From assembly GCA_947163985.1 (NCBI GenBank), contig CAMUVE010000005.1, forward strand, positions 9,760 to 73,759: a DNA stretch of 64,000 bases, given 5' to 3'. The notes below the pieces were generated by a model. That model was not told the DNA's origin. It did not search any database and saw nothing but the letters and a program-made list of their open reading frames with translations. The translations under genes and the position numbers were made by a program. This DNA is from an uncultured Prevotella sp. Lineage in GTDB: Bacteria; Bacteroidota; Bacteroidia; Bacteroidales; Bacteroidaceae. This document shows, in pieces, positions 1 through 10,203 of this stretch (its first letter is position 1; every line of letters starts with the position of its first letter).

Positions 1-488
1 TTAGGTATTTGCATAGTACTTAGTGCCTTTGCCACACCTTCTGCTACCGGAATGTTGAGCATAGGGATTCCTTCGTCGTATCTCACGTAACCACCGCTAC
101 CCACGATGCCTGCCATAAAACCTATGGCGAGACGGTCCTTGCGCCACGAAGCAAAGAGGGCGGGTACGAAGGGTGCCGATGCCTTTCCTGCGTATTTGTG
201 ATGATATTCCCCCGCACCGAGATAGTTAGGAACATAGGTGTCGATGTCTCTGTTCTGACCAGGCACCTGCCAGTTAAAGGACAACTCCCATCCCTCGTGT
301 GTCCACGCCAATCCTGCGGGGTTGGAGTAGATAGCATCGATTTCTAAGGAGGCGCCTCGCGCCATCATTCTGTCGAAGGCTATGTGGTAGTTGGTGTTTG
401 TCATTAGTCCTCCAGCCAAAGCGGAGAGAGAGAGTAAGCAACAAAAAGCTGTTGCGAGCAGTCTGAATCTTTTTTGGTTTTTGTCCAT
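1..488 (-). CDS. OmpP1/FadL-family outer-membrane transporter (5' part; runs off window edge)
   Basis: Manual translation from ATG at 488: MDKTKKRFRLLATAFCCLLSLSALA-GGLMTNTNYHIAFDRMMARGASLEIDAIYSNPAGL...; signal peptide and the FadL-type NPAG motif; not in the ORF track because it has no stop in the window. Confidence 0.75.
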   Translation of the reverse strand, partial: MDKNQKRFRLLATAFCCLLSLSALAGGLMTNTNYHIAFDRMMARGASLEIDAIYSNPAGLAWTHEGWELSFNWQVPGQNRDIDTYVPNYLGAGEYHHKYAGKASAPFVPALFASWRKDRLAIGFMAGIVGSGGYVRYDEGIPMLNIPVAEGVAKALSTMQIP

Positions 489-509
489 AGTCTTCGGTTT
501 TAGTGAATA

Positions 510-2240
510 CTAACTGTCGGTCTCGTTGTCGATAGCGCGAATCTTCTCCTTAACGAGGTTCATCTCGTTGCGGAGCTTCTCTACCTTACGGTTCATCTCG
601 TCGATGAGAGAATTACCCTTCTTTGATGAAGCGTTGAGGAATCCCAGGTTGTTTTCGTAGGTCTGTACCTCGCTGCGTATCGTTTCGTATTTGCGCATCA
701 GTCGTGCACGTTCGTTGTCGAGAACATTAGCACCCTTGTCGGCCATCTGCTTCAGATTGTTCTTGAAGTTGTCCAGGCGGCGACGACTTGCACTGATGTT
801 GAGGTTCTTATACAGGCGGTCAACGATGTCGTGATACTCCTTGTACAGTTTGTCTTTCTCTTTGAAAGGAACGTGTCCTATAGACTGGTACTGTTCAATG
901 AGTTTCTGTACCTTCTCCTTAATCTCTTCGCCGGTATCTTCAGCGAGGGCGTTAAGTTGTTCTATGATAGAGCGTTTCTGTTCTAAGTTCTCGCGCTCGG
1001 CATTCCTGCTGTCGGCATTTATGGCATTACGTGCCTCAAAGAACTTGTTGCATGCGTCCTTGAAATCGTTCCACAGGTCGTCACCGAGTTTCTTTGGTAC
1101 TATGCCGATAGTCTTCCACTCCTTCTGGAGGGCTATAATCTTATCGGTTGTTGCTTTCCAGTCGGTAGAGTCCTGCAGCGCCTTAGCCTGTTCTACGAGA
1201 GCCTTTTTCTTTTCTGCGTTCTCGGCAAATTTCTGACGTATATCCTTGAAGTATTCTGCCTTACGACTGAAGAAGTTGTCGCAGGCGGCACGGAAGCGTT
1301 CGAATATTTTTACGTTCATCTTCTGTGGAGCGAAGCCGATAGTCTTCCACTCAGCCTGTATGTCTATGATAGCCTTTGTGAGTTTCTCCCATTCGCCGGC
1401 ACCTTTAGCTTCGGTCTTAGCAATTTCCTCAACCTTTTCGCACAGTTCCGTCTTGCGTGCCAGGTTGTCCTCCTCCTTGGCGCGTAGTTCCTCGAAGTGC
1501 TGCTGGTGGCGCTTGTTTACAACTGTCGATGCATTTTTGAAGCGTGTCCATATCTCGTCGCGCAGGTCTTTGGCAACAGGACCTGTCTCGCGGAATTCCT
1601 GGTGCAGTTTCTGCAACTGGTGGAAGGCGCTGATGACATCCTCTTCGTCGGCAAGACGTTCGGCAGCCTCACACAACCGTGTTTTTATCTCAAGGTTCTT
1701 CTTGAAGTCGTATTCGCGTGCTTCGTTGTTTAGTTTCAGCAGGTCGTAGAACTGTTCCACGTACAGCTGGTAGTTGCGCCACAGCTCATTAGCCTTGTCG
1801 GCAGGAACCAGTTTTATCTCCTTCCATTCAGCCTGCAGTTGCTTAAACTCCTGATAAGACTTGTTTGCCATTTCCGGCGATGTAATCATAGCCTTTATCT
1901 TTTCAATGATGTCGAGTTTCTTCTTCAGGTTTTCCTGTTTTATCTCTTCCTGTTCCTGAGCAAATTTTGCCCTGCGCTCTTTTACTATTCCCATTTCAGC
2001 TTTGAATACCTCTTCGTCCTCGTCGGGCGTAATCTGGTATTTCTCGGGGTCTCCACCTGCGTCAAGGTATGCCTTCATCTCGGCTTCCCGCTGTGCGAAA
2101 TGTAGCTTGTAGAACACTGTTTTCAGCAGTTCCATTTCGTCCTTTTGGGGCATTTCTTCACCATGAGCCAGTTCTTTAATTCGCTCAATTACTTCTTGCT
2201 TAGTTGTATAAACTTTCTGCGTTTCTTGAGAGTCCATCAT
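510..2240 (-). CDS. DUF349 domain-containing coiled-coil protein
   Basis: Repeated helical units (LQxEWKxIGxVP...LWxxF) typical of Bacteroidota DUF349 proteins. Confidence 0.85.
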   Translation of the reverse strand: MMDSQETQKVYTTKQEVIERIKELAHGEEMPQKDEMELLKTVFYKLHFAQREAEMKAYLDAGGDPEKYQITPDEDEEVFKAEMGIVKERRAKFAQEQEEIKQENLKKKLDIIEKIKAMITSPEMANKSYQEFKQLQAEWKEIKLVPADKANELWRNYQLYVEQFYDLLKLNNEAREYDFKKNLEIKTRLCEAAERLADEEDVISAFHQLQKLHQEFRETGPVAKDLRDEIWTRFKNASTVVNKRHQQHFEELRAKEEDNLARKTELCEKVEEIAKTEAKGAGEWEKLTKAIIDIQAEWKTIGFAPQKMNVKIFERFRAACDNFFSRKAEYFKDIRQKFAENAEKKKALVEQAKALQDSTDWKATTDKIIALQKEWKTIGIVPKKLGDDLWNDFKDACNKFFEARNAINADSRNAERENLEQKRSIIEQLNALAEDTGEEIKEKVQKLIEQYQSIGHVPFKEKDKLYKEYHDIVDRLYKNLNISASRRRLDNFKNNLKQMADKGANVLDNERARLMRKYETIRSEVQTYENNLGFLNASSKKGNSLIDEMNRKVEKLRNEMNLVKEKIRAIDNETDS

Positions 2241-2348
2241 TTTGAATGATTTTTAAGGTTATAGTTACATTTTGCAAACATACGAAAAAAACTTGAACAA
2301 ACCTAACGATTGTCCAAGTTTTTTTATTTTTTTTGTTTTTACGATACT

Positions 2349-3275
2349 TTATACCAGTCGTTTGTACCTCATGAAGAGCCACGAAGCTACGGAAATGCCG
2401 GCAGAAATTACCAGCGCCAGGATGAATCCGAAGGGACTATCCTCCATACCGTTTACGAGGTTCATTCCGAAGAGTGACGCCACGAGTGTAGGCATCATCA
2501 TGATGATAGTCACCGACGTAAGGGTACGCATGACGGTGTTCATGTTGTTGTTGATGATGCTTGAGTATGTGTCCATCGTTGACTCCAGGATGTTCGAGTA
2601 TATGTTGGTAGTCTCGCGAGCCTGTGACATCTCGATGTTTACGTCCTCGATGAGGTCGGCGTCAAGTTCGTCCACCTGCAGTTTGAACTTCAGTTTTGCC
2701 AGCAGGTTTTCGTTACCACGAATAGATGTTATGAAGTATGTCAGCGAGTCTTGCAGGCGCGACAGTCCTATCAGCGATTCGTTGTTCACCCCGTGGTCGA
2801 GGTTGCGCTTTGCTTTCTCGATGAGTACGTTTATCTGTTTCAGTCGTTTCAGGTACCACACTGCCGACGAGAGGAACAGACGGAATATCATATCTACGTG
2901 ATCCGTAAATCCTGTGTTGCGCTTCTGTTGGTAGCTTACGAAGTCTATCATCATGTTCGTTTCGTAGTAGCATACGGTGATGGTGACGTCGCGCTTGTGT
3001 ATGATACCTAATGGGACGGTGGTATAGGGCGTCCTTGAACGTATCTCCTTGACGTAGGGAATACGCAAGATTATAAGTGTCCATCCGTCGTCATATTCGT
3101 AACGTGCCCGCTCGTCGGTATCGCTGATGTCCGAGAAGAAATAATCGGGTATTTGGAACTGCTTTTCCAACTCCATTTCGTCCTCTTCTGTCGGACACGT
3201 TACCTGTATCCAGCAGTTAGGCTCCCATTGTGGCAACATCTTCAGTGTGCCGGTAGTATTCCAGAATGTTTTCAT
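2349..3275 (-). CDS. corA: CorA-family Mg2+/Co2+ transporter
   Basis: C-terminal GMN signature (SLFGMNL) with two terminal TM helices. Confidence 0.9.
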   Translation of the reverse strand: MKTFWNTTGTLKMLPQWEPNCWIQVTCPTEEDEMELEKQFQIPDYFFSDISDTDERARYEYDDGWTLIILRIPYVKEIRSRTPYTTVPLGIIHKRDVTITVCYYETNMMIDFVSYQQKRNTGFTDHVDMIFRLFLSSAVWYLKRLKQINVLIEKAKRNLDHGVNNESLIGLSRLQDSLTYFITSIRGNENLLAKLKFKLQVDELDADLIEDVNIEMSQARETTNIYSNILESTMDTYSSIINNNMNTVMRTLTSVTIIMMMPTLVASLFGMNLVNGMEDSPFGFILALVISAGISVASWLFMRYKRLV

Positions 3276-3307
3276 TTTGCCAATCCTCTAAAGATAATGT
3301 TCTACTC

Positions 3308-3378
3308 CGTGAGGATTGACGCCTTGGTCATCTCCTCACGCTTTAAAAATTACATGTTTCCGCGTGATAATCGTCCAT
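3308..3378 (-). promoter_or_regulatory. corA 5' leader: 11-codon uORF (MDDYHAETCNF, 3378-3343) followed by a hairpin (3340-3308)
   Basis: Lies between a -7 box (CAAAAGTA on + at 3407-3414) and the corA ATG; stem CGTGAGGA/TCCTCACG with inner TGAC/GTCA. Confidence 0.5.
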
Positions 3379-3472
3379 AATGAGTTAAAAAATTGGTTTG
3401 CGGGTGCAAAAGTAAGGAAAAAATAGTGAAAGGCAAAGAAAAACATGATTTTTTTGCCTTTCACCTTGATAG

Positions 3473-4930
3473 CTATTTCACTGGAATTTCTTCGAGGGTT
3501 TTCTTCAGCAGTGCCCAGAACGGTTCCACCGTAGCCCACAGCGCACGTTCCGTAGTGGTGTGTGGCGACTTCATTGTCGGACCCATTGAGACAACGTCAA
3601 GATGAGGATATTTCCCAAGGATGATAGAACACTCCAGTCCGGCGTGGTCAACCTGGATGATGCCGTCTTCGTTGTTCAGTTCCTTATATACCTTCAGCAA
3701 CAGATGCAGTATCTCTGAATCGGGGTTCGGGTCCCAGCCGCCGTAGCTGCCGCTGGTCTCTATCTTCATGCCTGCCATGTTGAAGCAGCTCTCTATCATC
3801 TTCACGATGTAGTCCTTCATGTCCTCGCGGCTGCTGCGCGGAAGCAGTTTTATCAGGGCGTTGCCGTCGGCAATATCTATGATGGCGAGGTTAGAACTTG
3901 TCTCCACAACATCGGGGTAGGCAGGAATCATTCTGACTACTCCGTCGTGACAAGCATAGATGGCGTCAACGAGGTTGTCCTGGATCTCCACAGGAACCTG
4001 CATCTTCGGGGTCTCAACCTCCTCCGCATAGAACTCAATGCCGCTCTCTATACCTTTATATTCGTCGGTGAAGTCTTCTTTCCACGCTTCTACCAGTTCC
4101 TTCAGGGCAGCAACGTTTTCTTTCGGCATCGTCAGTACGACCTCTGCCTTGAAAGGTATTGCGTTGCGCATGTTTCCTCCGTGCCATGATGCAAGACGTG
4201 CCTCGCACTCCTCTATAGCCTCGCGTACGAAACGAACCATCAGTTTGTTGGCATTAGCGCGACCTTCGTGAATCTCCAGCCCTGAGTGTCCTCCGCGAAG
4301 TCCTTTAAGTGTAATACGCAGTGCGGCGTCTGCCGGGTCTGTCTCTACCTCCTGGTAGTCCAGTGTGGCTGTAACGTTGATACCTCCTGCGCTGCCAATG
4401 ACGAATTTTCCCCACGTCTCGGAGTCTAGGTTCAGAAGGATGTCTCCGTCAAGTTCGCCTTCCGGCAGTCCGTTGGCACCGTACATGCCGGTCTCTTCGT
4501 CGGCGGTGATAAGTGCCTCTACAGGACCGTGCTTCAGCGTCTTATCTTCCATAACCGCCATAATGGCTGCAACGCCGATACCGTTGTCGGCACCGAGTGT
4601 AGTGCCTTTAGCGCGTACCCACTCGCCGTCAACATAAGCCTCTATGGGGTCTTTCTCGAAGTCGTGAGTGCTCTCCGGAGTCTTCTGCGGCACCATGTCC
4701 ATGTGGGCTTGCAGTATTACTCCCTTGCGATTCTCCATACCTGGTGATGCAGGCTTCCTCATCACAATGTTATCTGCTTCGTCTTTAAACACTTCAACAC
4801 CAGCCTCCTTGCCGAAGTCAAGCAGGAACTGCTGTATTTTCTCTAAATGTCCACTGGGACGTGGAATCTGTGTCAATGCGTGGAAGTTCTTCCATACGCA
4901 CTGTGGATTTAGGTTTTTAATTTCGTTCAT
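3473..4930 (-). CDS. pepD: Aminoacyl-histidine dipeptidase (M20C)
   Basis: LQAHMDMV, TTLGADNGIG, DEETGM and HAGLEC motifs. Confidence 0.92.
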   Translation of the reverse strand: MNEIKNLNPQCVWKNFHALTQIPRPSGHLEKIQQFLLDFGKEAGVEVFKDEADNIVMRKPASPGMENRKGVILQAHMDMVPQKTPESTHDFEKDPIEAYVDGEWVRAKGTTLGADNGIGVAAIMAVMEDKTLKHGPVEALITADEETGMYGANGLPEGELDGDILLNLDSETWGKFVIGSAGGINVTATLDYQEVETDPADAALRITLKGLRGGHSGLEIHEGRANANKLMVRFVREAIEECEARLASWHGGNMRNAIPFKAEVVLTMPKENVAALKELVEAWKEDFTDEYKGIESGIEFYAEEVETPKMQVPVEIQDNLVDAIYACHDGVVRMIPAYPDVVETSSNLAIIDIADGNALIKLLPRSSREDMKDYIVKMIESCFNMAGMKIETSGSYGGWDPNPDSEILHLLLKVYKELNNEDGIIQVDHAGLECSIILGKYPHLDVVSMGPTMKSPHTTTERALWATVEPFWALLKKTLEEIPVK

Positions 4931-4937
4931 GATAGTA

Positions 4938-5927
4938 TTATTTTGTGGTTATACGTTTTGTAAATGACAGTGCCGCCCATCCGTAAATGCCAAGCACGAT
5001 TAGCATCATAGTCTGTACGGTGTGTACGATGAGTGCGAAGTAGAGGGCATTCTCGTCGGCGACGCCGTAGAGTATCAGCATGGTCTTTACGGCGAAGTGC
5101 CAGGGTCCGGCACCGTTGGGTGTGGGGACTATCACCGCCATAGAGCCCACTATGAAAGTTACGAGGGCGCACGAGACACCGAGGTTCTCCGTGAAGTCGA
5201 AACAGAAGAACGTCAGGTAGTAGTGCAGGAAGTAACTCACCCATATTCCTACGGTGAAGAACACGAAGAGCCACTTGTTGCGCACGTCCTTTAGCGACGT
5301 CACCCCCTGCCAGATGCCGCTGAGGGTGGTCTTCACCTTATTGTATATAGAGAGCCGGCGCAACAGGAAGTATAGCAGCAGCACTATAGCCACGGCACAT
5401 ATCGTCGTCACTATGTAGCCCGTAGCGGTAAAGCGGTGCAGTATGCTGCTTATGTTCGTCCCCGTCTTCCTGAAGAATGTCCCGAAGACGCTCATCTGCA
5501 GCAGCAGCGTCAGCGCCGTCATCAGGGCTACCATTAGGGTGTCTATGGCTCGTTCCGTCACTACCGTTCCTAAGGCTTTCGAGAACGACACTCCGTCGTA
5601 GCGCTTAAGTATTCCGCAGCGCATAAATTCCCCTATGCGCGGAATTACCAGCGATGAGGCGTAAGATACGAATATAGAGTATATGCTTGTGCCGGTTCGT
5701 GGCTTCTCGCCCGTAGGCTCCAGCGTCTGTCGCCAGCGCCATCCGCGAAACAACTGTGCCAAGATGCCGAAAGGAAAGGACAGCAACATCCACGTCCAGT
5801 CCATTTCGTGCATCAGTATATGTTCTGCCCGTCCGAAATCCGCTCCGCGATACATCCAATAAAGTATTGCTCCGCCAAGAAGTAATGGCAGCGCAATCTT
5901 TATAATATTTCCGAGTGTATTCTTCAT
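4938..5927 (-). CDS. Lysylphosphatidylglycerol synthase TM / UPF0104 flippase-like membrane protein
   Basis: Multi-TM protein with RGWRW, PRIGE, ER and PTPNGAG motifs. Confidence 0.8.
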   Translation of the reverse strand: MKNTLGNIIKIALPLLLGGAILYWMYRGADFGRAEHILMHEMDWTWMLLSFPFGILAQLFRGWRWRQTLEPTGEKPRTGTSIYSIFVSYASSLVIPRIGEFMRCGILKRYDGVSFSKALGTVVTERAIDTLMVALMTALTLLLQMSVFGTFFRKTGTNISSILHRFTATGYIVTTICAVAIVLLLYFLLRRLSIYNKVKTTLSGIWQGVTSLKDVRNKWLFVFFTVGIWVSYFLHYYLTFFCFDFTENLGVSCALVTFIVGSMAVIVPTPNGAGPWHFAVKTMLILYGVADENALYFALIVHTVQTMMLIVLGIYGWAALSFTKRITTK

Positions 5928-6135
5928 AATCGTGGCAAAGGTAATAAAAAATAGTGAAGAGTGTAGAGCGCAGAGTAAATAATTATGTTTTTTTTAGTGA
6001 AGAGATATATGGGGCAGGTGAGCAGCACATTATTAAATTGGAGATTATAGAAAAATATTTAAGGGCAAGAATAAGAAAATACAAAGAAAAAACACTATCT
6101 TTGCACGCAAATAACAAAATAATAGATAAAGAAGT

Positions 6136-7095
6136 ATGAAGAAGTTTATGATGATTGCTGTCGCAATGATGACGACGATGGCAACGTGTGCACAACCGAA
6201 AGTATATTTTACCAAGGAGATTACCCCCGAGTCACTTGTGAAGATTTACAAAGCCCTCGGCGTTGAGGCTACAGGGCGCGTGGCGGTGAAGATTTCTACC
6301 GGCGAGGGCGGTAACACCCACTATCTGAAACCGACGCTGATACGCAACCTTGTTGACGAGGTTAACGGCACAATAGTAGAGTGCTGCACAGCTTACGGCG
6401 GTTCGCGTCAGGACCCTAAAAAACACTGGGAGACAATACATGAGCACGGCTTCGACTCAATATTTGCCGTTGACCTGATGGACGAGTTCGGCGACATACG
6501 TATTCCTATAAAGGACAAGAAACACCTAAAGTATGATATAGTAGGCAACCACCTGCCTAACTACGACTTCATGATAAACCTTGCCCATTTCAAGGGTCAC
6601 GCTATGGGCGGTTTCGGTGGCGTTATGAAGAATGCCTCTATAGGTGTGGCTTCAACCGCCGGCAAGTGCTATATCCACACCGCCGGCAAGTCTGTTGACC
6701 CCGCAACGGCGTGGAGTAAGGAGAACCTTGCTGCCGGTCCTACCCAAGACCTGTTCTTGGAGTCTATGGCTGCCGCTGCCCAGGCTGTTCACGAGTACTT
6801 CAACGGACGTGTGATATACATCAACGTTATGAATAATATGTCTGTTGACTGCGACTGTGACGGACATCCTGCAAAGCCGGAGTTGAAGGATATGGGTATT
6901 ATGGCTTCACTCGACCCAGTAGCTGTCGATCAGGCTTGTCTCGACAAGGTCTTTGAATATAAAGGAAAGCCGGGCGACGACAACAAACCACTCATCCAGC
7001 GTATAAATCGTCAGCACGGAACATACATCACAGATTATGCCGAGAAGATAGGTCTCGGTTCAAAGAAATACGAACTTATCAATATCGATAAATGA
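6136..7095 (+). CDS. DUF362 domain protein with N-terminal signal peptide
   Basis: VAVKISTGE, HFKGH, DCDC and ASLDPVAVDQA motifs; -7 box TATCTTTG at 6096-6103. Confidence 0.8.
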   Translation: MKKFMMIAVAMMTTMATCAQPKVYFTKEITPESLVKIYKALGVEATGRVAVKISTGEGGNTHYLKPTLIRNLVDEVNGTIVECCTAYGGSRQDPKKHWETIHEHGFDSIFAVDLMDEFGDIRIPIKDKKHLKYDIVGNHLPNYDFMINLAHFKGHAMGGFGGVMKNASIGVASTAGKCYIHTAGKSVDPATAWSKENLAAGPTQDLFLESMAAAAQAVHEYFNGRVIYINVMNNMSVDCDCDGHPAKPELKDMGIMASLDPVAVDQACLDKVFEYKGKPGDDNKPLIQRINRQHGTYITDYAEKIGLGSKKYELINIDK

Positions 7096-8975
7096 TAAAA
7101 AGACCTCTTTTGATGCTTGCCGCTCTTGCTGCAAGCATCACTGTTTCTGCACAGCAAGACTCCGTATCACTTGACGAGGTTGTCGTTACCGGTACACGTA
7201 CCGTTACCGACGTGCGCTATCTGCCTATGACGGTGAATGTCATCAGTCGTGGACAGCTCACCCAGAACAACGGGACTTCCATACTCCCCACCATCATGCA
7301 GCAGGTGCCTGGAATGATGGTTACCAGTCGCTCTATGTTGGGATACGGTGTGTCAACGGGTGCTGCCGGAGGTATAAACATGCGCGGCATTAGCGGCGGA
7401 GCAGGACAGTTGCTTGTGCTCATAGACGGACATCCACAGTATAACGGAGTCTATGGACATCCTATCAGCGACAGCTACCAGACACTTATGGCGGAACGCG
7501 TAGAAGTGCTCCGCGGACCAGCCTCGGTAATCTATGGCAGCAATGCTATGGGAGGAGTGATAAACATAGTGACGCGGAAGATGCTGCAGGACGGTGTGCG
7601 TACCGATGTGCGTGTAGGAGGAGGGTCCTACGGGACAGTCCTCGCTGAGGCGTCGAACACCCTTCGCAAGGGTAAGTTCTCGTCGATGGTGGCTGGGCAG
7701 TACAGTCGTGCCGACAACCATCGTCCCAATATGGGTTTCGAGCAGTACGGAGGACACCTGAAACTTGCCTACGACTTCACACCTCACTGGAACGCCTATA
7801 TAGATGCAGACATTACCCATTTCAATGCCTCATACCCCGGACAGGACGTGAAACCTGTTTATGGCGCAAGACAGTGGATAACCCGCGGCGTCGTTTCCGC
7901 TGCCGTGGAGAATAACTACGAACGTACCAGCGGCGCACTTAGCGTGTTTACCAACTTCGGGCGCCATAAGATAGACGACGGCTCGTCAGACGCCGCCAAG
8001 CCTACAACACGCTATTTCCGCTCCAAGGATGCGTTGACGGGTATCTCTTGGTATCAGAGTGCAAGGCTCTTCGAGGGCAACCGTCTTACCCTTGGTGCAG
8101 ACTACCAGCATATCTATGGTAATGCGTACTATACCGACAAGACGACAGGAGACATCCTCGTGACACCGAACAAACAGAGCGGACGCTCATACAGGAACGA
8201 GGTGGCAGGCTACTTCGATGTGCGTCAGGACCTCGTGGGCTGGCTCACCCTCGATGCAGGACTGCGTCTCGATCACCACAGCATAACAGGTTCCGAGTGG
8301 ATACCACAGTTTGGTGTTGTAGTAAGACCGCTCTCTACCGGCGAGGTGAAGGCTATGGTGAGCAAAGGTTTCCGTAATCCTACTATGCGTGAGATGTTCC
8401 TCTATCCGCCATCGAACGAAGAGCTGAAACCCGAGCGTATGTGGAACTATGAACTGTCGTGGCGACACAGACTGCAGAAAATAGCCTACGGCGTGAACCT
8501 GTTCTACATTGATGCCGACAACATAATACTTACCACGCAGGTGGGCAACGGCAAGAAAAACCTCAACTCAGGACGGATACGCAACTACGGCGCCGAGGTC
8601 GAGGCAACGTACCATATTAATAATATGTGGGCGCTGAATACCAATCACAGCTTTCTCAAGATGAAGAAACAGCAGGTCGTTGCGGCTCCGAAATATAAAG
8701 GATTCCTCGGTGCCGACTTCCGTATGCACAGACTGGCGGTGAATGCCGGACTGCAGTATATCAGCGGACTCGGTCTCGACAGTACAGGCGACGGCATTGC
8801 CGACAAGCAGGAGAAAGACTTTGTCCTTCTTAATATGTCTGTCAACTACCATCTTAATAATATAGTCACCCTCTGGGCGAACGGTGAGAATCTCCTTGCC
8901 CAGCGTTACCAGATAAACTACGGCTATCCTATGCCGCGAGCAACGTTTATGGCGGGTGTTAACGTGAAATTATGA
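7092..8975 (+). CDS. TonB-dependent outer-membrane receptor
   Basis: Signal peptide, LDEVVVTG TonB-box region, plug motif ERVEVLRGPASVIYGSNAMGGVINIVT. Confidence 0.9.
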   Translation: MIKRPLLMLAALAASITVSAQQDSVSLDEVVVTGTRTVTDVRYLPMTVNVISRGQLTQNNGTSILPTIMQQVPGMMVTSRSMLGYGVSTGAAGGINMRGISGGAGQLLVLIDGHPQYNGVYGHPISDSYQTLMAERVEVLRGPASVIYGSNAMGGVINIVTRKMLQDGVRTDVRVGGGSYGTVLAEASNTLRKGKFSSMVAGQYSRADNHRPNMGFEQYGGHLKLAYDFTPHWNAYIDADITHFNASYPGQDVKPVYGARQWITRGVVSAAVENNYERTSGALSVFTNFGRHKIDDGSSDAAKPTTRYFRSKDALTGISWYQSARLFEGNRLTLGADYQHIYGNAYYTDKTTGDILVTPNKQSGRSYRNEVAGYFDVRQDLVGWLTLDAGLRLDHHSITGSEWIPQFGVVVRPLSTGEVKAMVSKGFRNPTMREMFLYPPSNEELKPERMWNYELSWRHRLQKIAYGVNLFYIDADNIILTTQVGNGKKNLNSGRIRNYGAEVEATYHINNMWALNTNHSFLKMKKQQVVAAPKYKGFLGADFRMHRLAVNAGLQYISGLGLDSTGDGIADKQEKDFVLLNMSVNYHLNNIVTLWANGENLLAQRYQINYGYPMPRATFMAGVNVKL

Positions 8976-8976
8976 T

Positions 8977-10203
8977 ATGAATGTCCTTATAGTAAATACC
9001 AGCGAGAGAACAGGAGGAGCAGCTGTTGCTGCTAACCGACTGATGGAAGCTCTGAAGAATAACGGGGTGCATCCCACTATGGTGGTGCGAAGAAATAAGT
9101 TCGCCTTCTACTGGGAGCGTTTTTGTCTGTTCCTTCATCTGCGTATGAAGAGGAAGAACCTCTTCACCATAGATATCGCCAACGCTGGTGACGACATCAC
9201 CCATCTCAAGGAATTCAAGGAGGCAGATGTGGTTCATCTTCATTGGATAAATCAGGGAATGTTGTCGCTACGTAACATTCGTAGTATCATAGACAGCAAG
9301 AAACCCGTAGTGTGGACGATGCACGACTTCTGGTCATCGACGGGAATATGTCACTATCCCGGCTCTTGTGCACACTATAAGGCATCCTGTGGCAACTGTC
9401 AGTATCTTCCCGGCGGAGGCTATAAGAAAGACCTCTCTTTCCGCACTTGGAAGAGAAAGAGAAAGCTCTACGAGCGGGGCAACATCATCTTCGTAGCTTG
9501 TAGTAAGTGGTTACAGGGAAAGGCACGCGAGAGTTCGTTACTCAAGGACCTCCTCGTGGAGAGCATACCAAATCCTATCGACACTACCGTCTATTGTCCT
9601 GCCGACAAGAAGGTGGCTCGTCAGCATCTCGGACTTCCCGAAGATATGTCGCTCATCCTTTTCGTCTCACAGCGTATCACCGACGAGCGCAAAGGTATAA
9701 ACTACTTTATCGACGCTATGAATCTCCTTGTGGAGCGTCACCCCGAGATGAAACAGAATACGGGTGTGGTCATCCTCGGAGGTAAGAGCGACGAGGTGGC
9801 AGACCGTCTTCCCGTAAAGACCTTCTCCGTAGGTTACGTAGCTGACGAAAAGAAGATAATAGAGATTTATAATAGTGTAGATCTCTACGTACTGCCGTCA
9901 CTCGAGGACAACCTGCCCAACACCATCATGGAGTCTATGGCGTGCGGCGTCCCCTGTGTGGGCTTCAAGACGGGTGGCATCCCCGAGATGATAGACCACC
10001 AGAAGAACGGTTACGTGGCGGAATATAAGAACAACGAAGACCTTGCACGAGGCATCCGCTGGACGCTCTTCGATGCCGACGCTGCCCAGCTGTCGCTGTC
10101 AGCGGTGGAGAAGGTGAAGAGTCATTACTCGCAGAACAGCATAGTACTACGTTATGTGGAAGTGTATAACCAGGCAATAGCATCATCACGCATAGGAATA
10201 TGA
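8977..10203 (+). CDS. Glycosyltransferase family 4
   Basis: GGAAVAANRL, VWTMHD, EDNLPNTIMESMACGVP (GT-B ExxxxxxxE motif). Confidence 0.88.
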   Translation: MNVLIVNTSERTGGAAVAANRLMEALKNNGVHPTMVVRRNKFAFYWERFCLFLHLRMKRKNLFTIDIANAGDDITHLKEFKEADVVHLHWINQGMLSLRNIRSIIDSKKPVVWTMHDFWSSTGICHYPGSCAHYKASCGNCQYLPGGGYKKDLSFRTWKRKRKLYERGNIIFVACSKWLQGKARESSLLKDLLVESIPNPIDTTVYCPADKKVARQHLGLPEDMSLILFVSQRITDERKGINYFIDAMNLLVERHPEMKQNTGVVILGGKSDEVADRLPVKTFSVGYVADEKKIIEIYNSVDLYVLPSLEDNLPNTIMESMACGVPCVGFKTGGIPEMIDHQKNGYVAEYKNNEDLARGIRWTLFDADAAQLSLSAVEKVKSHYSQNSIVLRYVEVYNQAIASSRIGI

